A DNA stretch of 64,000 bases, from contig MU057354.1 of the NCBI GenBank assembly GCA_013239625.1, positions 10,410,999-10,474,998 of the forward strand. Direction: 5' to 3'. The DNA comes from Lama guanicoe (Eukaryota). The notes under the pieces were generated by a model that was not told the DNA's origin, ran no database searches, and saw only the letters and a program-made list of their open reading frames with translations. A program made the position numbers and the translations under genes. Shown piece after piece: positions 1 to 11,640 of this stretch. The stretch's first letter is position 1. Each line of letters begins with the position of its first letter.

Positions 1-761
1 AGTGTCCATTGCATACATTCCTACGACAGTCTGTCAATTCTTTTATCTGTGATTGCTATAATCAACACGCTACAGAAGTTATTCTTTGCCTTTCAGGAGC
101 ACTTAGTTTTTGAGAACTAAAACACATACATACAAGTGGTTACCTGGATAAGCAAGGGGACTATAGGAATGATACATTTTCTTTTTTCAGTTTCTGCATT
201 TCAGACTGTCTGATACAAACAGCCTTGGTGAGGAGTTTAGTTTCTGTTTGTTTGCCTCTCCTTAAGTGGAAACTGTACTAATGGGAGGGAAGTTGAGACT
301 CACAGAACAGCGGGTGCCGCCTGGCTGAGAGGAAGAACTAACAAAAAACTGGACACAAAGCTAAATTGAAAGAGGCCAGGCACTAGGCTTTTCAGGTCAC
401 TCTTCCTGGAAACAGGCATCCTTCAGAAAAAGACTTAAGGGGATCTTGAAAAGGAGTAGGGGAGCTAGATGGAGTGATTTTTCTTTGGACGGAAACAACT
501 GGCAAGCCAAAAGGAGTCCAGACTAAGGGGTGGTGGAAAGTCTTGGAGGTCATTAAAAATCATGGCAATTGAACATTTTTTTTTAAAAGCAGAAACGATT
601 CAATTCCTAAATGAAGTCAGCGAGTTTTAGGCATGCCCACATTGACTTCTGTCTTAAAGGTTTAGACACGTGAACTGGAGCTGGGACACACATCCAGGGA
701 CCTCAGAAAAGGCTGAAATCTTAAAAGGTCGTCCTGCTGTTCCTGGAGCTGGTGACAGGTC

Positions 762-863
762 TGGTTACCTACACAGCCGGCTCCCACCGAGTTTAGAAGA
801 GCTAGCATCCCTACTGGCCCAGGCCTTTACACGCTCCTCCCCAGGGGCCGCCAACTCTCCCGG
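762..863 (+). other. SSTR1: Probable SSTR1 5' UTR exon 1 (start approximate)
   Basis: GTTTAGAAGAGCTAGCATCCC...CCGCCAACTCTCC resembles the start of the human SSTR1 mRNA as I recall it. Weak donor CGG|GTACAA at 864. Confidence 0.5.
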
Positions 864-1219
864 GTACAAAGTACAGCAGGGACGCGGGCGGAGCCTCGCC
901 GAGCGGCACAGCCGTATCCATCCTGGGTGAACACCTGCATGGATTTCCGATACCGCGCCTGGCACGCTCGCCGCGGGTTGTGGGGGAGTGGAGAGGGCGA
1001 AGGCTCAGGCTCCTTCCGTGCTCCCAGCCCCGTGTCCGCCTTTTTGCACTCGCTATTCCTCTGGGAGACGCAGGGGGCTCTGGGCACTACAAGCTTTATT
1101 AAAAGATTCGCAGTGGTTTTTCTCGGGCTCCTGAACACACCAGCCCGCGAAGAGCTGCGGGGTTGTAACGCAGAAGCCCTAACGCACGGCTGCTATCCTT
1201 CCACGATCTAGCGCTTGCG

Positions 1220-1388
1220 GCTTAGGGTCAGATTAAGCGATTCTCAGAGTATCTGTGTGGGCGCCTGTGCTGGGGTCCCGTCCAAGGAAAGGAGTGGGAC
1301 CGCGCGAAGAACGTCACCGCGCTACCAGACAAGCACAGGCACTTTGCACGGGCCATCTACGCGTCGCTCTGGAGGTAGCGCGCCCTGG
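1220..1388 (+). other. SSTR1: Probable SSTR1 5' UTR exon 2
   Basis: GCTTAGGG...GCACTTTGCAC...CCATCTACG...CTGGAGG resembles the recalled human 5' UTR. Strong donor TGG|GTAAGG at 1389. The 5' boundary is uncertain. Confidence 0.6.
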
Positions 1389-1822
1389 GTAAGGACTAGA
1401 GGCCTCCGCGGCGGGTGTGAGGGGCAGGGCAGGCGGGGGCTGGAGGTGGGAGTTTAGGGCCCTGGACGATTGGACCGGAGTGGAGTTGGGGTCTTTCAGG
1501 GCGGGGCAGCAACTGAAGGAAACTGAGATGAACTCCGTACATCTGTGCCTGGGGTCTGCTTCAGTCTTTGCTTTGGACAGGAGCCGGGTGGGATGGGACG
1601 GAATCTACACCTTCTGTTCCCACCCACCCTCCAGGAAAGCCGAGAAACCCCCCAGGTCCCCTTAAGGGATGGGCAAAGGGGTGCTGCAGGGAACCCCTGA
1701 AGCAACTGCTCTCTCTAGCCGATCGAAGCTCAAAACTGGGAAGGAAAGAATTGGGTGAGGGTGGTAAACCACCTATATCGCCTTCCTCCCTCCTTTTCTC
1801 CGCCCCACCCCCCCTTTCGTAG
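1389..1822 (+). other. SSTR1: SSTR1 5' UTR intron
   Basis: GT at 1389, long pyrimidine tract at about 1780-1820, TAG| at 1820-1822. The spliced junction TGG|CTGCTGACGCG agrees with the recalled human mRNA. Confidence 0.75.
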
Positions 1823-2166
1823 CTGCTGACGCGCTGCTGGTGCCTGTTAATCATTCACCAGCCCACAGCCGCGGCAGTTAATGGCTGTGCCGCACAGGGC
1901 TCTAGTCTCCCGGCTTCCCCTCTCTGCGTTCGCGTGTGCCCAGGCGCCCTGGAGAGGCAAGCGGGTGCGCGCAGGCTGCCGCTGGGCGATGCGCCCGGCC
2001 GGCGCGGGTGGAGCCGCGCTCCCTACAGCCGCTGAGCGCTTTCCCCAGGCGCCGGGTGGCAGTGAACTGCGGGCAGACCGCCGGGGTGCGGAGTGAGGGC
2101 GCAAGCGGCGGGGGTGCAAGGAGAACGCCCCAGCCCGGGCAGCCCCATCGGACCCCATCAGCTGAG

Positions 2167-3339
2167 ATGTTCCCCAATGGCACCGCCTCCTCTCCCTCCT
2201 CTCCTAGCCCCAGCCCAGGCAGCTGCGGCGAAGGCGGCGGCAGCAGGGGCCCCGGGGCCGGCGCTGCAGACGGGATGGAGGAGCCGGGGCGAAATGCGTC
2301 CCAGAACGGGACCTTGAGCGAGGGCCAGGGCAGCGCTATCCTCATCTCTTTCATCTACTCCGTGGTGTGCCTGGTGGGGCTGTGTGGGAACTCCATGGTC
2401 ATCTATGTGATCCTGCGCTATGCCAAGATGAAGACGGCCACCAACATCTACATCCTCAACCTGGCCATCGCCGATGAGTTGCTCATGCTCAGCGTGCCCT
2501 TCCTGGTCACCTCCACGTTACTTCGCCACTGGCCCTTCGGCGCGCTGCTCTGCCGCCTCGTGCTCAGCGTGGACGCAGTCAACATGTTCACCAGCATCTA
2601 CTGTCTGACTGTGCTTAGCGTGGACCGCTACGTGGCCGTGGTGCACCCCATCAAGGCAGCACGCTACCGCCGGCCCACTGTGGCCAAGGTGGTGAATCTG
2701 GGTGTGTGGGTGCTGTCGCTACTCGTCATTCTGCCCATCGTCGTCTTCTCGCGCACGGCGGCCAACAGTGACGGCACGGTGGCCTGCAACATGCTCATGC
2801 CCGAGCCCGCCCAGCGCTGGCTTGTGGGCTTCGTGTTGTACACATTTCTCATGGGCTTCCTGTTGCCCGTCGGGGCCATCTGCCTGTGCTACGTGCTCAT
2901 NNNNNNNNNNNNNNNNNNNNNNNNNNNNNNNNNNNNNNNNNNNNNNNNNNNNNNNNNNNNNNNNNNNNNNNNNNNNNNNNNNNNNNNNNNNNNNNNNNNN
3001 NNNNNNNNNNNNNNNNNNNNNNNNNNNNNNNNNNNNNNNNNNNNNNNNNNNGCAGAGCAGGACGATGCCACGGTGAGCCAGCTGTCGGTCATCCTCGGCT
3101 ATGCCAACAGCTGCGCCAACCCCATTCTCTATGGCTTCCTTTCTGACAACTTCAAGCGCTCTTTCCAGCGCATCCTTTGCCTCAGCTGGATGGACAACGC
3201 CGCCGAAGAGCCAGTCGACTACTACGCCACGGCCCTCAAGAGCCGCGCCTACAGCGTGGAGGACTTCCAGCCCGAGAATCTGGAGTCCGGCGGCGTCTTC
3301 CGTAATGGCACCTGCACATCACGAATCACGACTCTCTGA
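2167..3339 (+). CDS. SSTR1: Somatostatin receptor type 1 (class A GPCR), uninterrupted CDS, 390 aa
   Basis: Translation [32 protein letters not shown]...[16 protein letters not shown]...DRY...NPILY...[10 protein letters not shown] matches SSTR1 as I recall it. It has the GN, LAxAD, DRY and NPxxY motifs and a C-terminal PDZ ligand (ITTL). ATG at 2167, TGA at 3337-3339. Positions 2901-3051 are Ns. Confidence 0.99.
2901..3051. other. Sequence gap (151 N) inside the SSTR1 CDS
   Basis: Run of N. The reading frame is preserved across it. Confidence 1.
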
Positions 3340-4814
3340 GCCCAGGCCACCCAGGATCCTTGCGCCAGGAGGAGAGGATGAGGAGAAAGAGAGGCCGGGT
3401 GTGAGAGATGGAAGTGTCCCAGGCGTCAGGGTGCGCTTCCGGTGAGGAACCCGGGAGAGACGCGTGACAAAGAGTCGGACGCTTTGTTTATAAACAGGGA
3501 CGGCTTCCGGGCCCCTTTCAACTCGGTCTCCTACTTTCGCTCCTTCCTCCACCGCGCTTGCACTTCTGCACCCCTCTCTGCTCCCCACTCTGCGATGTTG
3601 GTCTTTCAGCCCCGTCCTGCCGGTGCAGTTCAGGAATTTATTAATGTCGCCGACTCAGCCCGACCCTCAGCCCCGCCAGCTGTTATTTCTGTTTAAGCTG
3701 AGCCACGGCCACCACCACGAATTTCCCTCAGGGCAAGTCCCCAGCTCGCCCTCAGCCCCGCCCTGCCGCGCCCCCTCGCTCGCCAGATTCTGACTGACGC
3801 CCCTAGAGGAGTCTCAAGAGCCGCCGCTCTCCGTCTCCTCAGCCCTCCTTTAAGGGAAGTCGGACTTGAGAAGGACCTGGGCGGCTGGTCTTTCTCCTCC
3901 TCTCGGGTGAAGGCGCGCCCTTCCCCGAGCTCCTCCACCCCCACTCCACCAAGAGCGGAGCCAGGTGCTTAGTAAAATCGGTCCCGCGCTTCGAACCCCG
4001 GTCCAACCCCTTATCCAAACCCTGCCTTTGGAGCAAAAGGGAGCTGAGAACAAGCAACTTTTTTTTTTTCTTAACGATTCCGAGATTTGGGAAGGGGGAG
4101 AAGGGCTTGTGATGGACCCTCCCGCCCGGTTCACAAACGGCGCTTTTAGTTTCGAAGACCAATTCTCCGGGCACTCCCGGGACGCTGGACCGCGTTAGGC
4201 CAGGCAGGACAGGACGCACCCTCCCCACGAGCCGCCCGGGTGCGTGGCTGCAGCTACACTCAGCTTTCTCCCTCGCCCGAGCTTCTGCAGGTGCAGAGCC
4301 AAGAGAAACAAGGGGCACCGGGGCCGGGACCTCGGGTGACGCCCTCCGAGTCTCGCTTGGCCCATCTGGACCGCAGTGCTGCCGCCTGCAGGCTAGAGAG
4401 CGCGGCCCGCCAGGCCCCTGAGGGCTTCTGTCTTTCAAGCGGTGCCTAATAAGTTATTTTCTTGCCTCACATATTTATTTATTTGTGGTATTTGAAAAAC
4501 GTCTCTGCTTTCCCTTTCTCTACTTTCCTAGCCCAGGGCCTTTTCTTCAGGACACTGGGGGTTGGGCGGGCGTGGAGGTGGCAGTGGGGGAAAGCTCTCT
4601 TCCCAAGGCCCTCTCAAAACTTCTCTTTGCTAGGCCCTCTTTACTTATCCCTTCCTCTAGCCTTTCTATTTTTTGCTTGTGTCCGGTGAAGTTTGGAGAT
4701 TTCTTCACACTTTTCTTATGTAGTCTTTTGTCTTACGATAAATGATAATGTGGGTTAGCCTTCTCCCATGCAGAGTGGAAAGTCTTGAACGCCTAGCTTT
4801 CAGCATCACCTATA

Positions 4815-4861
4815 TATGATTTGAATATATATATATAGTATATATATATATTCAAATCATA
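4815..4861. repeat. Perfect inverted repeat, 23-bp arms with a 1-nt spacer
   Basis: TATGATTTGAATATATATATATA-G-TATATATATATATTCAAATCATA. Confidence 0.97.
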
Positions 4862-5683
4862 ATAAATCCACATACTATATATATTTGTTTATCTTGCTCC
4901 CTTGTCATGAGTCCATGAGACAGTCGCCAGATGCAGTCACTAGCAGTGACAGGTGTGAGACTGGCTAGAACATTTCCAGATAAGAGGGTTGAGGCAGCCC
5001 TCAAACTTGAAATTTAGAGATCTGATTCAGACAGACTTTAATCAGTGCTGAGGATGTCCCTGCCTCCTCTAGTTTCAGGCATATGTGATTCTAACACACA
5101 ATCTAGTTAACATCATCACTTCTTTCAAAGACAGTGAAAGTAGAGTAATTTGTGTCTGTGTTTAATCTGACCAGCTACACTGGAAGCCTGAGCAGGGCAA
5201 GGACCAGTCATTTTACTTCTTGTATTTCCTGTATTGCTTTAGTATGCTGGAGTGTACATAGTAGGCACTACATACATGTTTGTTGGTTATCTGTTTAAGT
5301 AAACCAGGGTGTATTACAATTGGGAAATACTAAACCTGGGGTTCTCAGGCTCTCTCACTGACATGATACACAATGGTTGCAATTACTATGGAAACATGTT
5401 TCGTGTATAGTTGCTTCAAGAACATCGTGCTTTCCTGAAAGCAGTAAGCAAGAGTTAAAATGCTCCCTAACGTTTTGTTTGAACTAATGCACAAATATGC
5501 TTTGGTCATAAATCTCAAAGTTTAGATCTGTCATTTAATAATAATGCATATTACTACTCCTTTGGAAAACAGATTTTTAATGGTTAAGAACAGTGAAATT
5601 TACAAATCAAAATCTTGATCATTATCCTCTTAAGAGGACATGAATCTAGTGCTCTTAATCTGTTACCACTGTAATAATAACTA

Positions 5684-5689
5684 AATAAA
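5684..5689 (+). terminator. Likely SSTR1 distal polyadenylation signal
   Basis: AATAAA followed by a GT/T-rich element (TGTTGTTG), about 2.35 kb after the stop codon. A second AATAAA lies at 4861-4866. Confidence 0.6.
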
Positions 5690-8600
5690 CAAATGTATTA
5701 TGTTGTTGCAAGTTGTCTGAATTTGCCATTTGAATTTTACTGTTTCAACAGATTTAAACACACAGGCATATTGGCTTGGTTGCTCTATGTTTCACTTAGA
5801 TTTTAAGAAGAAAGGTTTCAGATTACCTTTAGATTGAGGTTATACCTTGAATTTTTTTTGTTATTGTTGTTGTTAGTTCAGAGAGAGAACTTTGAGTCAA
5901 TCTGAATAGGAAGCAGCGTACTTGGCTGCACTCTTTATGGTTTGCTGTTGTCACCAAACTAACTAGATGATGTCTCAGTCTCTCACAGATTAAATTACTG
6001 TCTGCCCTCATTTATGACCTGAGACTTTGTTGTGGGAACTAAGTAATTGTTAATTTACATCCCAGGGAAAGATAAATGGAGGGGGGGGGAGTGATCTCCC
6101 AAAGATGTTTCAGAGGTCAATGGGTAAAGGAAATATAAAAATCAGTTTTCAAAATAAGAGAAGAAAGACATTTTATGCTTTGTTCAATGATGCCCATTTC
6201 TATCCCTGGAAGAATTTAATAAGGTACTAGAGGAGTTCATTTGTTTGTTTTTTACAGACTTAATTTTTTTTAGAGTGGTTTTATTTTCACAGCAAAATAA
6301 AGAAAAACGAATATTTTCTAAACAGTGATTCCAGAACCAGAATGGGGAGTGTAGGCTTCAAATACCTCAAATGCCTTTAACTCTAGGCTTTAGAGTTCCA
6401 TATGTTATCTCAGTACAACTGAAGATAGCTAGACTTTTGTCTTTTCATTATTATTTTTAAAAATTATAGCAAAGTGGCAAATTGAATTCATAACTTAGAT
6501 GTGCAGAGAAAACATTTTGTTCTTTTGGTTTTGTCTAATCTAAACATTATTCCAAGCCCCTTCTAACTGGTTAGCTGGGAGAAAAAACTATCAAATAAAT
6601 ATTCAAACATCCAACTGAGCTGATAATTTAAATAGCCATTTTCAGAAAATTTCAAAATTTTATTTAAGTTTAGTCTCTTGGCTGGCCTCCTTTTCCTCTT
6701 TCACCTCTAAAATGGCTTTAGAGTGAATATTGGGAGGAAGTTTCATGCATCCTAACGGAGGAGGGGGTGAGGTGGGGTCCTCAGGGAAAGGGGCCCTGCC
6801 CTGTCTGCCCTTTGCTCTCTGGGAATAGGTTGTTTGTCAGCCTGGATGATTTCCGGCTGCAGTATGTTGAAAGCTGCAGCTTCCAGAGCCTGTGATCTGA
6901 CCTCTGAGCTGGGGAGGCTGCAGTCTTCTCACAGTCCTCCGTGGTTCTCCTACAGCCGCCCAGCTGGGGGTCCACCCCGCCTCTGCCAAGGAGTGACGTG
7001 GCCCTGCCGTAGGCAGCCGCATGCTGAGCCTCTTGGCTCAGTGACTAGGAGGGATCTAGGGCGGCTCTAGATGCATGAACGTCTGGGTCTCCTCTGTCTG
7101 ATAACATTTTCTGTGGTTCTGTCTCAGGTCTCTTGCGTCTTTCCTTACCTTTGTCAACCCCGTTTACTAAAAACATTCCACACACCTCACATACCCTTTA
7201 CACTAGAGGAAAAGGCATAGGACTTGCGTCCTTTAATCTTAGCCTTTCATGTGCTGAGGCAGGAGAAAAAGAATTTAGCTAATCTCTGTGCAACCCCCAC
7301 CCCCACCACTTCACCTGATCTCCCAGCCTTTCTGCATTGCCTGGAGGCTGGCAACAAGCCGTCTCCTTTCCTAAGGTGATGAGCTCACCTCAGGGTAAGA
7401 GACTGCAATGAAACAGGATTTATGGAGGGAGGTAAAATGTATCAGTTTAGCGTCTGTGATCTGTCTGTCTCTTACCGGTGACCTCTGTGTTTCCAGGGTG
7501 GAATTTCTCAGGCCATCTTCTGACATGATATCCCAAGAAAAGAGTATTATTTGAAAATCTTTGATGCCTCATCCAGTTTAATCCTGATCATTGAAAAATG
7601 CTGAACATAAAAGAGTTTGGGCAAGAGAAAAAAAGCAAAGAGTTCTTCTGGAGAATATTATGGAAGATACATTTTAAAAAATTGTGATATATTCCCAAGT
7701 TATTCTGAACAAATAATAGTGATGTCATATTTGTATCAATCTTCTTAAAAAAACACTTGGGTAGTGGGGTTGTTTTTATCCCCGTGCACCACATCAGAGG
7801 TGAGGTTCTCAGCTGTAATGACTGATGTTACATGATCATTACAGTGGTGTGCGCTTTAAAAATAAAGCACTGCAAAGTCTATGCTGCTCTCTTATTGCAC
7901 CATATACCTCTGAGCTCATGAGAACCTCTTCCACATGTTCAGATGGATATCTTGCTGCTCATTCAATACATTTCTTTTGTTGGTGTTAAAAGAAGGCAGA
8001 GAGGTTCAACATTATGTGGTTTACTGAGAGGAAGGCAGGTCCAGTGATAATGTTAGTGAGCATTTACTGTTTTGTGGACTATCTGGAGACAGAGTATGAT
8101 AGAGTTCACTCTTGAAAGGGCTGCCTTAGGGATAATGAGATACAGTCCAGCTTCCGATTTCACCCACAAAGAAAAGGAAGGTGTTTCTGCAACGATGTCA
8201 AAGTTGAGGAGGCCTTGAACAACTCACTAATCTAGCTAATATTATTAGCAGTGGCAAAATGTCTATTCAAAGTCAATAATTAAATTAAACATTCTCCTTC
8301 ATGTCCAATGAGCCACCATAACTAGCAAATCAAGCAGATGTCTGCCTGTCTTTTTCAAGACTCTCAAGTCTCCCTATGTATAAACTCTGTGTGGAATCTG
8401 AACACACACAATTAATTAGGCAAAAAAGGAATTTCTTAGGTAATAATTGGTGAAACAGAACTTAAAAAACTCTGTCCCCCCTTCTTTGCCTTTTAAGTTC
8501 CCATTTCCTAACTCACCTCCCTCCCCCAGCCTAGGACCCTTTGCTTTCTGACTTTCCCCACTTCTCCCAATAGAGCTTTTCTCAGAAAAGGATTTCTTTT

Positions 8601-8724
8601 GATCTGTAGTTTACATCACTGGCAAGGCTTCAGGTGTTATCTTCCAGAAGCAAGATTTTTTAATAAGGACACAGTATCAGAATGTCAGGCAACAGTACCC
8701 TTGAAATTACATCTTCTTCTAAGG

Positions 8725-8890
8725 CAAATATTTCTTAACAAGTGGTCCACAAGTTCTGCATCAGCATCACCCAAGAACTTACAAAAATGCATATTCTCTA
8801 TGCTTCACCATAGAGATTTTGATTCATTAAGTCTAGGGTGAGGCTCAGTATTTTTGAAGTACATTGAAGTTTGAGAACCAGCAGTTTAGG
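8725..8890. mobile_element. MER5-type hAT-Charlie DNA transposon relic
   Basis: CTGCATCAGCATCACC...GATTCATTAAGTCTAGGGTGAGGCTCAG...AGTTTGAGAACCA. Confidence 0.7.
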
Positions 8891-9055
8891 TGTTAAGAGC
8901 ATGAAGTTTGCCATCAGCAGATGTGGTTCTGCTTTGTGCATCCTGTGATGCTGGGGAAGTTAATCTTCATCACATACGTTTTGCTCATCTGTGAGATCAG
9001 GATAATACCTCCTTTGTAGTGCTGTTATGATGAGACAATGCATGTCAAACGCCAA
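8891..9055 (+). mobile_element. MIR SINE
   Basis: GTTAAGAGCATG...GGAAGTTAATC...GCTCATCTGTGAGATCAGGATAATACC core. Confidence 0.65.
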
Positions 9056-9357
9056 ACCGTCAGAACTCTTTTAGTTGTGATTCAATGAAAACCTAATTAG
9101 CCCACAAAACTGAAAATTCTTGAGGAAGACCTGGCTTCACAGTGTACTTGATCTATAACTCAGTACGATCTTTTTTTTTTCCAGTCTCCTTTTCTTACGT
9201 CTGACTTTTGCAACCATGACTCCATTCTCAGATTGACTATTCCTGTGTAATTACAGGATAGCTGCAGAAACTGAAACATGACATTTTTCCAGGTTCAAAT
9301 TTCAGGACATAGAGTAAAAACGATTCTCTCTGATTAGGCTGTCTGAGATCATGTATC

Positions 9358-9800
9358 TGTTGGGAGCCACCCCTCCATGTGTCTCTTACCCTCCATACAC
9401 TTTGCTGGGTATGCCAAGAGTATGAGGCTCTGGCACTTTTTACCTGGATTGCTTCTCAAGGTTGTGTCTGCAGCAAGCAATCTTGAGCATAGACCACGAG
9501 AAGGCTTGATTGCTGCTACTATAAAGTGGTGGTTTCCCTAAGATCAGTGTCCCCCAGCTGTGCCTCAGCCAGACTGCAGCACAGCATCCACTTGAGCTCG
9601 TGCTGCGTCACCGCCATGAGAGTCAGGGACAAATGGGGCTAATGTAAATCATGTTGTGTACTGGCTGCACCACAAGTAATAAAGTCCTCATCTCTGACCT
9701 GGAAATCCTGTGTCTTCTGCCAGCATCTATGAAATAGCAAAAGACCAATTGATTAGCTTGTAAGTAGAGTAAAATTAAATTCCAGATCCTGGTAGTATCT
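9358..9800 (+). mobile_element. Solo ERVL-class LTR (LTR40-like)
   Basis: Starts TG, TATA (CTATAAAG) at about 9519, AATAAAGTCC...CTCTGACC...GTGTCTTCTGCCAGCATC...TTAGCTTGTAAGTAGAGTAAAAT 3' region. The subfamily is from memory. Confidence 0.65.
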
Positions 9801-10038
9801 ACCACTGAACCCATTAGCCAGGCCTGGGGATTATGGTTGGCTGGGCCTGGGTGATCTACTCTACTTTTGGAGCTGGGAGTGTTAATTCCACCTGGAAGTG
9901 GGAGGGGCAGTGAGGGGGGATTCTCAGAAGAAAAGTTATATACAATTACCCAAAGTAGATAATGAAGGGTATGTTATGTGGCAAAAATAAAATTAAGTAA
10001 GAACCATTTACAACTGTCTAGCATAGATTCAGGAGCCA

Positions 10039-10162
10039 GATATATATCTGTATCTAAATATATATATATATATATATGTCTGTATTTATATCAGATTATA
10101 TACATGTATCAGATTATATGTATTTATATATCAGATTATATATATATATATATCAGGTTATC
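10039..10162. repeat. (TA)n microsatellite with embedded TATCAGATTATA units
   Basis: Three copies of TATCAGATTATA plus one variant, among TA runs. Confidence 0.85.
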
Positions 10163-11379
10163 TGCAAGAGGAAGTAGAAAATTAAAGTGATTCAGGTTTT
10201 AAAATTCTGCTATTTGATCTAGTCATATATTTAAGTATTAAGTAAGTAGGAAATACTTTAAATATACCAAATTTTATTTCTTTAAATGTTAGCACATATG
10301 AATGTTGAGCAAAATTTATTTTTATTTATGTAATAAAAAGAGAACGAATATTAATTGTTACCAGGAAAAGGAAAATAAGAATTACCTTGGTTCTTAGTCA
10401 CCCAAATAAAGAATTTTTGATGAGAGACAAAAAGCATGATATAGGCAAGATTTTCATCAGTGAAGTAAAAAAGTAAAAGTACACACCCAAGAATCGAGAG
10501 CGGGCCAATCCAAGAGAGGAAAAATGGCACTGCTCCTTTGTTTTTCCTGTTTTTATATCTTGGTTTCATGATTGATTGATTAACTGATTGATTGTTTGAC
10601 TGATTGACAACTCAAGTTCCCTGCGCTCTGGTTGACTGACAGCTCAGGTTCCTTGTGTTCCGGATTGTTCCTTTCTCCCCTTCCTTTCCCCCTGCCCAGT
10701 GCTCATTTCTATCTAAACTACCTAACATAATGATATTATTTGGAAAGGTCAAAGTATATCTCATAAATACTACTGACAAGATTCCATATGACCTTAAGAA
10801 AATGAACCATTCTGTGCATCAGATTCTATATCTTTAAAATGAGAATAATTAGACATCAATCCAGATTAGTAATAATTTACTACATTCCCACAGGATTAAT
10901 GACATTGTTTAAATATATTTTAAAATAAGGTTATAAAGGCATTTTAATGTTATACAGAGCATACAGCTAAGCATATTGAAGATGGTATGGAGATTAGGAA
11001 CATATATGAACAACATGAAGTGATTTACATTGTTTGGTTGGGCCAGCTCTGAAGTTACATTTTACCATGAGCAATTGGGAAAATGTTTGCTTTAAAACAG
11101 TTTTAAGTAATAGAAATCAGATAGCCCACCACAGCATGAAATAGGTACCAATGATTAGGAAAATAGCATCCAAATATTTGGATTTCCTTCTGTTTTACTG
11201 TGGCTTACAAATGTATCTGTGCTACATATTTGGGGCCTGAAATACCATCATGAATTTAACCAACTCGCATGAATTAGACTGACAGTTTCAGTTCCCCTCA
11301 GGTTTTATGGCAGTTACATAAAGCTGTCAGTAACCAGAGTTTAAAATATAGCAGCAGGGCAGGCAGGGAAGAAAAGAGA

Positions 11380-11640
11380 AGTAACATTTATTCAGTACCT
11401 CCTTTGTAAGTAATACATTTTTTTCTAGGTGCTTTATATATGCTATTTCATTTGGTCTTCACCAAGATTCCTATGAACTAGAAATCTTTATTTCTCTTAC
11501 AAAGCAAGGAAAGAGAGAGAAACAAACAAACAAAAACACCACCAAAGAAACTTGTCCAGCATGTTAAAGCTGGTGGTTGGCAGGACCAGATCTAAAAGGC
11601 AGACCTATCGACTCCAAGAACATGATCCTTCTACCCCATC
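11380..11640 (-). mobile_element. MIR SINE
   Basis: AACATTTATT...CTAGGTGCTTTATATATGCTATTTCATTT...AACTTGTCCAGC...GACTCCAAG. Confidence 0.6.

Larger units (their letters stand above)
880..4440. promoter_or_regulatory. CpG island over the SSTR1 promoter, 5' UTR, CDS and proximal 3' UTR
   Basis: High GC and dense CpG compared with the AT-rich flanks. Confidence 0.9.

Noticed and set aside
1936-2166. 77-aa N-terminal extension of SSTR1 in the ORF track
   Set aside because: It starts at a non-ATG codon in GC-rich 5' UTR. The recognised protein starts at ATG 2167.
6280-6285. Minus-strand AATAAA as the poly(A) signal of the lost gene
   Set aside because: It sits in what looks like a small L1 3' fragment in AT-rich DNA, so it is not diagnostic.
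10039-10162. Repeat-spacer-like array (TATCAGATTATA units)
   Set aside because: The spacers are TA microsatellite and the genome is mammalian. This is slippage, not CRISPR.
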